A stretch of DNA of 64,000 bases from assembly GCA_965248435.1 (NCBI GenBank), contig OZ252100.1, forward strand, positions 1,664,001-1,728,000, given 5' to 3'. Source of the DNA: Candidatus Latescibacterota bacterium. Its GTDB lineage: Bacteria > Latescibacterota > UBA2968 > GCA-2709665. Of the stretch, positions 1 to 9,655 are shown piece by piece (positions within the stretch are counted from its first letter, which is position 1; the number at the start of each line of letters is the position of its first letter). The notes below the pieces were generated by a model. That model searched no databases and was not told where the DNA came from. It saw only the letters and a program-made list of their open reading frames with translations. The position numbers and the translations under genes were made by a program.

Positions 1-610
1 CGCAGGATCTTCGATCTCAGTCATAGACGGCGTGCAACACGTCTTCAAGGACAGCATCGCCGTAGGGGAAGTCGCCACGCGGCGGCTCGCGATCTCCCCC
101 GACGGAAGTCGAATCTACTCTGCAACCCGGGGAGCTTCGGGCATACAACTCATCGCCGTGGACCCGATAGCTAGAGCGGTTGTGGACTCGCTGATTGTTG
201 GTGAGCCCACTGATCTGGATGTGAGCGTGAGCGATTTGGCAGTCTCGGAGGAGACCGGGTTCCTCCACGCGACGATCCAACGCCTTGCGCCCCTCCCATC
301 CGATCTCGTTACATTTCAATTCGTGGGGGAACTGCTTATTGTCGACGGTGAATCATTTCAGGAGATCGGGAACGTGGAAATCGGAGAAATCGTTGCGAAC
401 TTGGGAGTAACCCCAGATGGGAGGACGGCCTACGTAGGAGCCGTTGAATCAGTTGTTCTGGATCCAATCCAACAAGTATTCATCGTGGACCTCGAAAATC
501 GTGAGAAAATCGGCTCCCTTAGAGGATTCGAGCTTCCAGCGGACTTGAAGCCTAGGGCAGAAAAACCGGCCTTCCCACTAATGGACTTCCTGGAGATCAT
601 TCTCTTCTGA
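1..610 (+). CDS. YncE/YVTN-like beta-propeller repeat protein, 5'-partial
   Basis: Blade-like repeats (LAISPDGSRIY, LGVTPDGRTAYV); the frame runs off the window start. Confidence 0.65.
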   Translation, partial: AGSSISVIDGVQHVFKDSIAVGEVATRRLAISPDGSRIYSATRGASGIQLIAVDPIARAVVDSLIVGEPTDLDVSVSDLAVSEETGFLHATIQRLAPLPSDLVTFQFVGELLIVDGESFQEIGNVEIGEIVANLGVTPDGRTAYVGAVESVVLDPIQQVFIVDLENREKIGSLRGFELPADLKPRAEKPAFPLMDFLEIILF

Positions 611-647
611 CAAGAGAATTTACGAGGCGACCAAGCCGAAATTGGGG

Positions 648-676
648 TTGACCGACCCATTCCAAAGCATTAAATT
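648..676 (+). promoter_or_regulatory. Putative sigma70 promoter
   Basis: TTGACC-17 bp-TAAATT upstream of the ATG at 733. Confidence 0.55.
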
Positions 677-732
677 CTCATAAGACCTAAGTGTCTGCCC
701 AAACGAATCCCACTACCAGATGTTGAGGCCAC

Positions 733-1782
733 ATGCTTGCATCACTTCTGCTGGAACCGGGTCGCCTCGAGCTTCGAGACATCGAGACACCGAAGGCGGG
801 GCCTGGAGAAGTCGTGGTCAGGGTCCGAACGGCCCTGACCTGCGGAACCGACCTGAAAACCTTCCGGCGGGGTCACCCCAAGATCCCGATGCCGGGACCT
901 TTCGGTCACGAATTCGCCGGAGACGTCTGTGAAGTCGGCGAAGGCGTCAAGGAATTCAAAGTTGGCGATCAGGTCATGGCAGCCCCGACCGCCCCCTGCG
1001 GAGAGTGCTTTTACTGTAAGAAGGGCCAGGAGAACCTCTGTAGCCTGGTCATGGACGCGATGATCTTTGGCGCCTACGCTGAGTACGTGAGGGTGCCCGA
1101 ACATGTCGTGAAAAACAACATGTTCAAGAAGCCGGCCCACCTCTCCTACGGTGAGGCGGCCATGCTGGAACCCCTTTCTTGCGTCGTTTATGGTATGGAC
1201 CAGTTGAATGTCACTCCTGAAGACACAGTCTTGGTCATCGGGGCGGGCGCTATCGGACTGATGCACATCATGGTTGCTCGCATTCTCGGGGCCAAGCAAA
1301 TCATCGTGGCCGGCCATCGTGACCACAGGCTGAAGCTCGCCCTCGCGCTGGGTGCCGATGCCGCCATAGATGCCGAGTCCGAAGGCACCTTCGACCGTGT
1401 CAAGGAACTGACCGGCGGGATAGGCGCGGACATCGTCATCGAATGCACCGGGCAGCTCGCGGTGTGGGAAGACGCCCCCGACCTCGTTCGAAAAGGTGGG
1501 ACAGTCGTCCTTTTTGGAGGTCTTCCGTCAGGGACGCGTGCCACCTTTGACACAACACGCCTCCACTATGATCAGATCACCCTCAAGGGCGTCTTCCACT
1601 ACAGCAGAAGCGCTGTAAAGAAGGCATACCAGCTCCTTGCCGAAAAGAAGATACAGGTCCGCAGTCTCATCTCCGGCACTTACCCCCTCTCCGAGCTCAA
1701 ACAGGTCTTTGACCTCCTGATGGCGAAGGGCAGCGACATCAAGTTCGCGGTGGAACCGCCCGAGCCCAGCGAGGCAGGATAG
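733..1782 (+). CDS. Zn-dependent alcohol dehydrogenase (MDR family, sorbitol/iditol-DH-like)
   Basis: CGTD, GHE, CGECFYCxxxxxxxC Zn loop, GAGAIG Rossmann motif. Confidence 0.9.
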   Translation: MLASLLLEPGRLELRDIETPKAGPGEVVVRVRTALTCGTDLKTFRRGHPKIPMPGPFGHEFAGDVCEVGEGVKEFKVGDQVMAAPTAPCGECFYCKKGQENLCSLVMDAMIFGAYAEYVRVPEHVVKNNMFKKPAHLSYGEAAMLEPLSCVVYGMDQLNVTPEDTVLVIGAGAIGLMHIMVARILGAKQIIVAGHRDHRLKLALALGADAAIDAESEGTFDRVKELTGGIGADIVIECTGQLAVWEDAPDLVRKGGTVVLFGGLPSGTRATFDTTRLHYDQITLKGVFHYSRSAVKKAYQLLAEKKIQVRSLISGTYPLSELKQVFDLLMAKGSDIKFAVEPPEPSEAG

Positions 1783-1792
1783 GCATCACCCG

Positions 1793-2863
1793 ATGCGCGT
1801 GGCTCGCCTCTACGACTTCGGAGATATCCGAATCGAGGAGCAGCCGGTTCCCCGTATCGGTCCGCACGAAGCCCTGGTGAAGATGGCGGTCTGCGGCATC
1901 TGCACCAGTGACACCCTTCCCTGGTATGTGCGCCGCAAAGCCCCTATCGTCCTCGGGCACGAACCTTCCGGCACGCTCATAGAAGTCGGTCAGGAAGTCG
2001 ACGGGTTTTCAGCCGGTCAAAGAGTCTTTGTTCATCATCACGCCCCCTGTCTGGTCTGTCGATTCTGCCGGCGGGGGCGTTATTCTATGTGCCCAACCTG
2101 GAAGGCATCCGCTCTCGACCCGGGTGGCCTGGCCGAATACGTTCGTATACCAGCCATCAATCTCCGTAACGATACCCTCCTGCTTCCAGAGTCCCTCACC
2201 TTTGAAGATGGCGCTCTCGTAGAACCAACGGCCTGTGCGGTCCAGGCGCTGAAGCGGCGAGCTCGGATGCAGAGCGGTGATCGCGTTCTCATCATAGGCA
2301 TGGGGGTGATGGGACAGATCCTTGCCCTCGTCGCCAAGCATTATGGTGCCAGCCAGGTTATCGCCGCGGACAGGATCCCCTACCGGCTGCAAAAGGCCCT
2401 CGCGCTCGGAGCCGATCTGGCCGTGGACGTCTCGAAGGAAGACCTTGAAAATCGAGTCCGTGTTGCCACGGCAGGTGAAATGACCGACCTCGTCGTTGTG
2501 GGTCCAGGAACGATTCCCGCTATGCAGTCCGGCCTGGCCTGCCTCGGCGTCGGTTCAACCCTCCTCCTTTTTACACCGACTGAGCCGGGCCAGATGCTTC
2601 CGGTCAGCCCCTACGATCTTTACTCCAAAGACAACGCGATAGTCACCAGCTATTCCTGTGGACCGCCGGACACGCGGGAGGCACTCGACCTGATTGCCTC
2701 CGGGGCGCTCTCTGCCCAAATGCTGGTCACACACCGCTTTCCACTCGATCGGGCAGCGGACGCCTTCTCCACTGTTGCCGAGGCGAAGGCGTCGATCAAG
2801 ACCCTCGTCGTCATCGATGAAAGTGTGCCCCAAGAAGGGGGTGGCCAGTCCAATTCGGGGTAG
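1793..2863 (+). CDS. Zn-dependent alcohol dehydrogenase (MDR family), second paralog
   Basis: GICTSD, LGHE, CLVCRFCxxxxxxxC, GMGVMG. Confidence 0.9.
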   Translation: MRVARLYDFGDIRIEEQPVPRIGPHEALVKMAVCGICTSDTLPWYVRRKAPIVLGHEPSGTLIEVGQEVDGFSAGQRVFVHHHAPCLVCRFCRRGRYSMCPTWKASALDPGGLAEYVRIPAINLRNDTLLLPESLTFEDGALVEPTACAVQALKRRARMQSGDRVLIIGMGVMGQILALVAKHYGASQVIAADRIPYRLQKALALGADLAVDVSKEDLENRVRVATAGEMTDLVVVGPGTIPAMQSGLACLGVGSTLLLFTPTEPGQMLPVSPYDLYSKDNAIVTSYSCGPPDTREALDLIASGALSAQMLVTHRFPLDRAADAFSTVAEAKASIKTLVVIDESVPQEGGGQSNSG

Positions 2864-2970
2864 CGGGCCAGGTTACAGGCCCGACGACAAAAAGCGACCA
2901 CATCGTCGTGGCTTGCAACTTGACGGAACCGACTGAGCAGCAAAGGGTCCAAGTATGGCCAGGTTGAACC

Positions 2971-2999
2971 TTGACAGGCGCGGCGCGGCAAGCTATATT
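2971..2999 (+). promoter_or_regulatory. sigma70 promoter for the TPR-mdh operon
   Basis: TTGACA-17 bp-TATATT; AAGGAG RBS before 3074. Confidence 0.7.
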
Positions 3000-3073
3000 G
3001 CGAAACTTCTTCGAGCGCTTCGGTTACCATTTCACCAATTCAAGGTTCGAGGCGGAGGGAAGGAGCGAGAAAA

Positions 3074-4318
3074 ATGAAGACACTCATGAAATATCGATAC
3101 CGCAATCGGCTCCTGATAGTCCTGTCCGTTCTGTTCTGCCTATCGGCCGTTAACACCACGGCCGTTCGGGCACAGAAACAGATCAATGTGGGCGTCGCAA
3201 AGCGATCGGCGAAACTCTACATGTCCCAGAGGCTGCGTGATAAGGCCATCGAGAGGCTTCAAGAATGCGCGGAAGCCAAGCCCGACGACGCAGAAGTACA
3301 TTTCATGTTGGGGGCGCTCTATGCGGAGAAGGGCATGATAGAGGAGATGAACCGGTCTTTTGCCACCTGTCTGGACCTCAAAAAAGGCAAAAAGTATCTA
3401 AAGAAGGGGGTCAAGATAGGCAACGCTTCGGCCTTCGTTCGTCAGGGGATCAACTACTCGAAGCAAGAAATGTGGTGGCGATTCATGGATCGTGGTGCGG
3501 CGGCCTTCAATGCGGAGGATCACAAGACCTCCACTCGCTATTTTCAATTGGCAATCTCGATCATACCGGACAGCTCTATCACATACAAGAACCTTTCGGA
3601 CACCTACATCCAGATGGAGGACTACGAGGGCGCAATAGGGGCACTTCGAAGCGCGATCCAGTATGACAGCACCAGTGCCATGGTATACATGAATCTGGGC
3701 ATCGCGATCATCAATCACGGGGAACCCGCAGAAGCCCTTCCTTACATCGAAAAGGCCGACCAACTTCAGCCGGGCAACCTTTCCGTCCTGAAGAACTTGG
3801 CGATTGCTTACCAGCGTTCCGGAGACCGTGAAGGTGCGCTCGAGACCGCCGAGAAGGCACTCGAGATAGACCCCGAAGACGCAGGTGTGGCCAACATGGC
3901 GGGCGAGATTTACCTGCGACAGGGAAACTACGAAAAGGCCGTCGGGTTCCTAGAAATGGTCACTGAACGGAAGCCGGAGCTTATTGACGCAGTGTTCAAT
4001 CTTGCTGCGGCCTACAAGGGGATGGGACAAGAAGCAAAGGCGGAAGGTCTGTTCACGCGGAACGTGGAGGCCAATCCTGAAGACTCGGAAGCATGGTACC
4101 AACTCGGGCTTATTTACAACCGAGATAAATCTTTCGACAAAGCCATCTCTGCTTTTCAGAAGGTCGTCGACCTGCAACCGAAGGATGTCCAGGCATGGAA
4201 GGCGCTCTACAAGGTCTATGCGCGAAAATCGAACATGGTTGAGGGGGAAGAAGCAGCCAAGTATGTACGCAGAGCCGAAGAGGCGCTTAGCATGGTAGAG
4301 ACCCTAGAGGGCCAATAA
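3074..4318 (+). CDS. Exported tetratricopeptide-repeat protein
   Basis: Basic-hydrophobic N-terminal signal ending VRA-Q; many TPR helices (AWYQLGLIY, AVFNLAAAY). Confidence 0.85.
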   Translation: MKTLMKYRYRNRLLIVLSVLFCLSAVNTTAVRAQKQINVGVAKRSAKLYMSQRLRDKAIERLQECAEAKPDDAEVHFMLGALYAEKGMIEEMNRSFATCLDLKKGKKYLKKGVKIGNASAFVRQGINYSKQEMWWRFMDRGAAAFNAEDHKTSTRYFQLAISIIPDSSITYKNLSDTYIQMEDYEGAIGALRSAIQYDSTSAMVYMNLGIAIINHGEPAEALPYIEKADQLQPGNLSVLKNLAIAYQRSGDREGALETAEKALEIDPEDAGVANMAGEIYLRQGNYEKAVGFLEMVTERKPELIDAVFNLAAAYKGMGQEAKAEGLFTRNVEANPEDSEAWYQLGLIYNRDKSFDKAISAFQKVVDLQPKDVQAWKALYKVYARKSNMVEGEEAAKYVRRAEEALSMVETLEGQ

Positions 4319-4326
4319 GGAGAGAG

Positions 4327-5337
4327 ATGTACCTGACGAATGAGAAGGTGGCCGTCTTGGGGGCGGCCGGGGCGATCGGATCCAACCTGGCACAAACCCT
4401 GCTCTCTTCGCGAACGGCAAGCCGGGTGGCCATGTATGATCCGTTCGAGAAGGGCCTGCAAGGGGCCGCCGAAGAGCTCTATCACTGTGCGTTTCCCGAG
4501 TCGGAAGTCACCTGGACAACAGACGTAGGCGAGGCCCTCACCGACACATCCTACATCATCACCTCAGGCGGCGCACCCCGAAAAGAAGGTATGACCCGGG
4601 AGGATCTAACACGGGACAATGCCAAAATCGCACAGCAACTGGGAATGGACATTGCGAAATTCTGCCCGAATTGCAAACTCGCAATCGTCATCTTCAACCC
4701 TGCGGACATCACGGGGTTGACGGCCCTGGTATACTCCGGACTGCCTCCGACCCGGGTCAGCACGCTCGCGGCGCTCGACAGCACACGCCTGCAAACCGCC
4801 CTCTCCCAGCACTTCGGCCTGCGTCAGGACCGCGTAACAGGCTGCAGGACCTACGGCGGGCACGGAGAGCAGATGGCCGTCTTCAAGGGAGGCGTCCGAA
4901 TCGACGGAATCTCAATGGAAGAGATCCTGGACGGCGCGCAGGTAAACGGAATCGGCTTGAGCGCGGAAGACTGGAAGCAGATTCAAGAACACGTCAAGGG
5001 GGGAGGGGCCAAGATCATTGAGTTGAGGGGTCGCTCCTCCTTCCAATCCCCCTCACAGCAGAGCGTCGACATGCTTAGAGGCGTCCTCGGTCAGCCCTAT
5101 GAGTGGCCCTGCGGAGCCTATGTCAGCTCTGAGGAGTTCAACCACATTATGATGGGCATGCCTGCGACGCTCTCCTCCGAAGGCGTGACCTGGAGCATGC
5201 CCGAAGGAACGGACGAGGACCTGGCCACACTCCGTGAGTCCTACAACCACGTGGTCAGCCTTCGCGACCAGATCATCGCCGATGGCATTCTTCCTCCGCT
5301 CTCCGAGTGGAAGGAGACGAATCCGAACCTCAGTTGA
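4327..5337 (+). CDS. mdh: Malate dehydrogenase
   Basis: GAAGAIG, GAPRKEGMTREDL, NPAD, LDSTR and GGHGE motifs. Confidence 0.85.
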   Translation: MYLTNEKVAVLGAAGAIGSNLAQTLLSSRTASRVAMYDPFEKGLQGAAEELYHCAFPESEVTWTTDVGEALTDTSYIITSGGAPRKEGMTREDLTRDNAKIAQQLGMDIAKFCPNCKLAIVIFNPADITGLTALVYSGLPPTRVSTLAALDSTRLQTALSQHFGLRQDRVTGCRTYGGHGEQMAVFKGGVRIDGISMEEILDGAQVNGIGLSAEDWKQIQEHVKGGGAKIIELRGRSSFQSPSQQSVDMLRGVLGQPYEWPCGAYVSSEEFNHIMMGMPATLSSEGVTWSMPEGTDEDLATLRESYNHVVSLRDQIIADGILPPLSEWKETNPNLS

Positions 5338-5361
5338 ATGGTCTGATAGTCTTGGCTTTAA

Positions 5362-5402
5362 GGGGCGGTTGCGGCCTGATGCAATCGTCCCGATTCTGTT
5401 TT
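5362..5402 (+). terminator. Possible intrinsic terminator hairpin after mdh
   Basis: GGGGCGGTTGC / GCAATCGTCCC stem with G-U pairs, followed by ATTCTGTTTT. Confidence 0.45.
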
Positions 5403-5413
5403 AGGCAGCGCCT

Positions 5414-6571
5414 GTGATGGAAACGAAACCCAAATACGATCTGCTCCTACGCGGAGGTACAGTCATCGATCCGGCACAGGGGCTGCACGAGGTCCGCGAC
5501 GTTGGCATCTCCGGTGGTAGAATCGCCGAAATCTCGGACGAGATATTCGAGGAAGAGGCAGAGAACGTGATCGATGTCTCCGGTAAACTCGTCACACCGG
5601 GGCTGATAGACCTGCACGTCCATATCTGGTGGGGTGTTTCCCACTACGGGATAGAGCCCGATCCCTATTGTGTGGCCCGCGGGGTCACGACCGCATTCGA
5701 CGCCGGCTCCGCAGGGGCAGATACCTTCCCAGGGCTCAAGAAATACGTCATCGATGTAAGCGTGACCGAGATCAAGGCGTTTTTGCATATTTCGTCGCAG
5801 GGCATGCTGTCTCAAGAGATCGGGGAATTGACAGACCTCCGCTACGCCGATGTAAAGCGGGCGATCGCGATGTGTGAGGCCAACCGGAAAGACATCGTCG
5901 GCGTAAAGATCAGAATGACCACGAATCTGGTTGGGGAAAACGGTAAAGAAGGGCTGAAACGGGCCCGTGAAGTCTCTGAGGCAACCGGTCTGCCCCTGAT
6001 GATTCACCCCAACGCAAGCCCCTTGACCTTTTCGGACATGCTCAACGAGTTGCGCTCAGGAGACATCGTTACACATTGCTTCCACCGAAGCGATACTGGT
6101 ATCCTGGACAGCGAAGGCAGTCTTCGGAAGGAGGCCAGGAAGGCGGCCGAGGATGGGATCCTGTTCGACGTCGGTCACGGGAAGGGGAGCTTCGACTTCA
6201 AAGTGGCCGAGGCCGCTATAGCACAGAATTTCAAACCGGGAACGATCTCAAGCGATCTACACAAATATAATGTCGATGGCCCGGTCTATGACCTCGTCAC
6301 AACCGTCTCCAAGTTCCACCACCTCGGTCTCTCCCTGGACGAATGTTTAGAAAGAGTCACGGCCGCGCCCGCACGCGCGATGGGCATGCTGGGTGAGATC
6401 GGAACTCTCCAGCCCGGGGCCCGGGCAGACATCGCCGTCCTTGAACTCAAACAGGGTCGATTTGAAATGACCGACACCCACAACGTAACCCGAACTGTCG
6501 ACACCGAGTTAGCGACCGTTTCCACCATCAAGGGCGGTCGACTCTACGCCCCCTCAGCCTTCGATCACTAG
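5414..6571 (+). CDS. Amidohydrolase/deacetylase family metallohydrolase (dihydroorotase-like)
   Basis: PGLIDLHVH, DAGSAG, GVKIR, THCFH, DVGHG, ISSDLH. Confidence 0.85.
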   Translation: MMETKPKYDLLLRGGTVIDPAQGLHEVRDVGISGGRIAEISDEIFEEEAENVIDVSGKLVTPGLIDLHVHIWWGVSHYGIEPDPYCVARGVTTAFDAGSAGADTFPGLKKYVIDVSVTEIKAFLHISSQGMLSQEIGELTDLRYADVKRAIAMCEANRKDIVGVKIRMTTNLVGENGKEGLKRAREVSEATGLPLMIHPNASPLTFSDMLNELRSGDIVTHCFHRSDTGILDSEGSLRKEARKAAEDGILFDVGHGKGSFDFKVAEAAIAQNFKPGTISSDLHKYNVDGPVYDLVTTVSKFHHLGLSLDECLERVTAAPARAMGMLGEIGTLQPGARADIAVLELKQGRFEMTDTHNVTRTVDTELATVSTIKGGRLYAPSAFDH

Positions 6572-6636
6572 GGCTGACTTCGCTTCTTCTGCAAGTTAGT
6601 TTCCACTCGATTCTTCCTCCCACCCCTCCTGAACTC

Positions 6637-6813
6637 GGCAAATTGTTCCAGGTGTCGGCTCCAACTTCCGCTGTTCCCCTCCTTTGTATATATCTTACTT
6701 CTTTGTTTATAATATGTTTACGCGTAATGTATTTCCTACAGGTCGCGTGGCATGTCCCTTGCTCGAAACGTTTTGTCGTGATCGACTGAACCCCACCTAT
6801 ATCGAGCCGATAT
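6637..6813 (+). promoter_or_regulatory. Regulatory cassette copy 1 (enhancer-like palindrome, AT-rich box, sigma54 box, sigma28-like box)
   Basis: GGCAAATTGTTCC 6637; TATAATAT 6708; TGGCATGTCCCTTGCT (GG 6749, GC 6761); TGAA-N15-GCCGATAT 6787-6813. Confidence 0.65.
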
Positions 6814-6821
6814 AAAGAGGG

Positions 6822-7103
6822 ATGGCCATTCCAATGGACTTCGTTCTGTTTTTGCTGATCTCCGCTTCTGTGCTCGGCCTGCTCTGCCTGGTCGTTCTGG
6901 AATACCAGAACAGCCGTACGCGAAAAATGATGCGCCTCTGGCCGGAGCAGCAACCCCCCTCATCGGCCGACCGCGCCCGGCCCGCCGAACCCCCGCCGGA
7001 GATCCAGATTCAATTCCCGCCACCGGAAAAAGGCTTGACCCCGGGTCCGACCCATCCTAGATTAACGCAGAAGCCCCCAAAACGACAAGCCGTTGCAAAA
7101 TAA
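6822..7103 (+). CDS. Small single-pass membrane protein with proline-rich tail
   Basis: Hydrophobic N-terminal helix (FVLFLLISASVLGLLCLVVL); purine-rich AAAGAGGG directly upstream; dedicated promoter cassette. Confidence 0.55.
   Translation: MAIPMDFVLFLLISASVLGLLCLVVLEYQNSRTRKMMRLWPEQQPPSSADRARPAEPPPEIQIQFPPPEKGLTPGPTHPRLTQKPPKRQAVAK
7035..7063 (+). promoter_or_regulatory. Putative sigma70 promoter for the epimerase operon
   Basis: TTGACC-17 bp-TAGATT inside the 3' end of the small ORF. Confidence 0.5.
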
Positions 7104-7172
7104 TGTGTTATTGACGAATTTGCGCGGGCATCTCGCCTGCCCGTGTCATCAGCCTGAAGGAGCGAATACTCC

Positions 7173-8108
7173 ATGAAGTGTCTCGTGACAGGCGGAGCAG
7201 GATTCATCGGCTCTAATCTCATCAAGGCCCTCCTCGACCGAGGTGACGAAGTTTCCGTCCTCGACAATTTCTCGACCGGCAAGCGGGAAAACTTGGGCCC
7301 TTTTCAGAACAGGGTTAACGTCATCGAGGGTGATCTGCGAAGTTACCACATCGTCCTGGAAGCTGCCAGGGGAGTCGAGGTGATCTTCCACCAGGGCGCG
7401 CTCCCTTCGGTTCCTCGCTCCATCAATGACCCAATCACGACCAACCAGGTGAGCGTTGAAGGCACCCTCAACATTCTGGACGCGGCCAAAGACACTGGGG
7501 TAAGACGTGTGGTCTATGCGTCTTCCTCATCCATCTACGGACAGAACGCACGCCTGCCAAAACGAGAAGACATGACACCGGCGCCGATTTCACCTTATGC
7601 CGTCGCAAAGCTGGCAGGTGAGAACTATTGCCAGGTCTTCACACGAACCTACGGACTTGAAACCGTCTGCCTCCGCTACTTCAACGTTTTTGGACCCAGG
7701 CAAGACCCCAGATCTGAATACTCTGCCGTCATTCCCCTGTTCGTCACCGCTTTCCTCGACGGAGGCCGGATTACGGTCTACGGAGACGGGGAACAGTCCC
7801 GTGACTTCACCCACGTGGACAACGTCGTCCAGGCCAACCTTCTTGCCGCTGAAGCAGCCGATGCCGCAGGCGAAGTCCTTAACGTCGCCTGTGGCGAACA
7901 GACGAGCCTGAATCAGATGCTGGATGCCCTCCGCCGTCTTTCCAAGGTAGACGTAGAGGTCGTCTATAAACAGCAGCGTGCGGGAGACGTCAAACATTCT
8001 CTCGCAGACATCGAAAGAGCCCGGAAGGTCCTGGGCTATACCCCGAAGGTCTTCGCCGAAGAAGGGCTTGAAAAGAGCCTGGAGTGGTATCGAACCGCAC
8101 GGAAGTGA
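7173..8108 (+). CDS. NAD-dependent NDP-sugar 4-epimerase (WbpP-like)
   Basis: TGGAGFIGS, ALPSVPRS, YAVAK, RYFNVFGPRQDP. Confidence 0.88.
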   Translation: MKCLVTGGAGFIGSNLIKALLDRGDEVSVLDNFSTGKRENLGPFQNRVNVIEGDLRSYHIVLEAARGVEVIFHQGALPSVPRSINDPITTNQVSVEGTLNILDAAKDTGVRRVVYASSSSIYGQNARLPKREDMTPAPISPYAVAKLAGENYCQVFTRTYGLETVCLRYFNVFGPRQDPRSEYSAVIPLFVTAFLDGGRITVYGDGEQSRDFTHVDNVVQANLLAAEAADAAGEVLNVACGEQTSLNQMLDALRRLSKVDVEVVYKQQRAGDVKHSLADIERARKVLGYTPKVFAEEGLEKSLEWYRTARK

Positions 8109-8147
8109 CAATGCGGGCGCAACTCGGTCCCAAAAGGTGAACCAGCC

Positions 8148-9644
8148 TTGAGCCGAAAGGTCCTCCTCATCGGTCTCGACTCGGCCCCCCCCGAGCTCCT
8201 CTTCGACCGATTCCTGAACGATCTTCCCAACATTCGCTCCCTGATTCAATCAGGCGTCTACGGCGACCTGAACAGCACGGTTCCTCCCATCACTGTCCCG
8301 GCCTGGATGAGTATGATGACCGGGAAAGACCCCGGCACGCTCGGATTCTACGGCCTCCGAAACCGGGCGGACCGTTCTTACTCCAGGATGACGATCGCCA
8401 ATTCCCAACTCGTGAAAGAAGATACCCTCTGGGATATTCTTGGCGCCGCTGGCAAAAAGGTAATCCTGGTCGGCGTCCCCCAAACCTACCCACCCAGGTC
8501 CGTGAATGGCTGTCTCATTTCTTCCTTCCTCACGCCAGGTACCAGTTCCCAGTACACATACCCATCGGACCTCAAGTCAGAGGTCGAACGGGTCTCAGGA
8601 GGGTATATCCTGGACGTGCCAAACTTCCGCACGGAAGACAAGGCCGTTCTGCTGCAGCAGATGTATGAAATGACCGAAAAGCGGTTTCGAGTCACTGAAC
8701 ATCTGATGCAGACACGCCCGTGGGACTTTATCGCACACGTCGAAATCGGAACGGACCGCATTAACCACGCGTTCTGGCGGTTCCTGGATGAAACCCACAG
8801 GCGCTACGAGCCGGATTCCATCCACAAAAGCGTCATCCTTGATTACTACCGGTTCATCGATCGAGAGATCGGAAAATTCGTCGAACTTGCTGGAGACGAC
8901 ACAGCGATTTTGCTCGTGTCGGATCACGGGGCCAAACGGATCGATGGCGGAATCTGCGTGAACGAATGGCTTGCGAGGGAGGGGTATCTCGCCCTCGAAT
9001 CTTCGCCGTCCGGGCCTGCCCTGCTAGAGGAAGTGGGCGTCGACTGGGACCGGACGACCGCCTGGGGCGAGGGCGGATACTACGCCCGAATCTTCTTGAA
9101 CGTGAAGGGTCGGGAGCCGCGGGGCACGGTCAGCCCGGAGGCCTTCGAGTCCCTCCGGGACGAGTTAGCGACGAGGCTGGCGGCCATCCCGGACGAATCG
9201 GGGGCTGAGATCGGCACGCAGGTCTTCAAGCCGCAGGACGTCTACCAGACGTGCAACGGCGTTCCTCCGGACCTGATCGTGTATTTCGGGAACCTGCTCT
9301 GGCGATCTGTCGGGACGGTCGGCACTGGAGAGATCCACGCACGCGAGAACGACACAGGTCCTGACGATGCGAACCACGCTGAGAAGGGTGTGTTCATCGC
9401 CCGCGCGAAGGGTTTCGAATCAGGCCGGAAACTCGAAGGTCTGGACATCCTCGACATCGCTCCGACCGTGCTGTCGATTATGGACGTTCCCGTGCCCCAG
9501 GATATACGACATCACAGCATTCTGGAAACAACGGAAAAGGAAAGAGGCCCAAAGCAGAGGAGAGGGTCTGGAACCGAGGAAGTCTATTCAGCAGAGGAGA
9601 GGGCCGCAATAGAAGACAGACTGAGGGCCTTGGGTTACCTTTAG
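8148..9644 (+). CDS. Alkaline phosphatase superfamily protein (type I phosphodiesterase/nucleotide pyrophosphatase)
   Basis: IGLDS, STVPPITVPAW (Thr nucleophile), SDHG, C-terminal RLRALGYL. Confidence 0.85.
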   Translation: MSRKVLLIGLDSAPPELLFDRFLNDLPNIRSLIQSGVYGDLNSTVPPITVPAWMSMMTGKDPGTLGFYGLRNRADRSYSRMTIANSQLVKEDTLWDILGAAGKKVILVGVPQTYPPRSVNGCLISSFLTPGTSSQYTYPSDLKSEVERVSGGYILDVPNFRTEDKAVLLQQMYEMTEKRFRVTEHLMQTRPWDFIAHVEIGTDRINHAFWRFLDETHRRYEPDSIHKSVILDYYRFIDREIGKFVELAGDDTAILLVSDHGAKRIDGGICVNEWLAREGYLALESSPSGPALLEEVGVDWDRTTAWGEGGYYARIFLNVKGREPRGTVSPEAFESLRDELATRLAAIPDESGAEIGTQVFKPQDVYQTCNGVPPDLIVYFGNLLWRSVGTVGTGEIHARENDTGPDDANHAEKGVFIARAKGFESGRKLEGLDILDIAPTVLSIMDVPVPQDIRHHSILETTEKERGPKQRRGSGTEEVYSAEERAAIEDRLRALGYL

Positions 9645-9655
9645 GGGGAAGAGGA

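Noticed and set aside
2909-2924. sigma54-like TGGCTTGCAACTTGAC
   Set aside because: The -12 element is GA rather than GC, the rest of the cassette is missing, and a strong sigma70 promoter lies at 2971.
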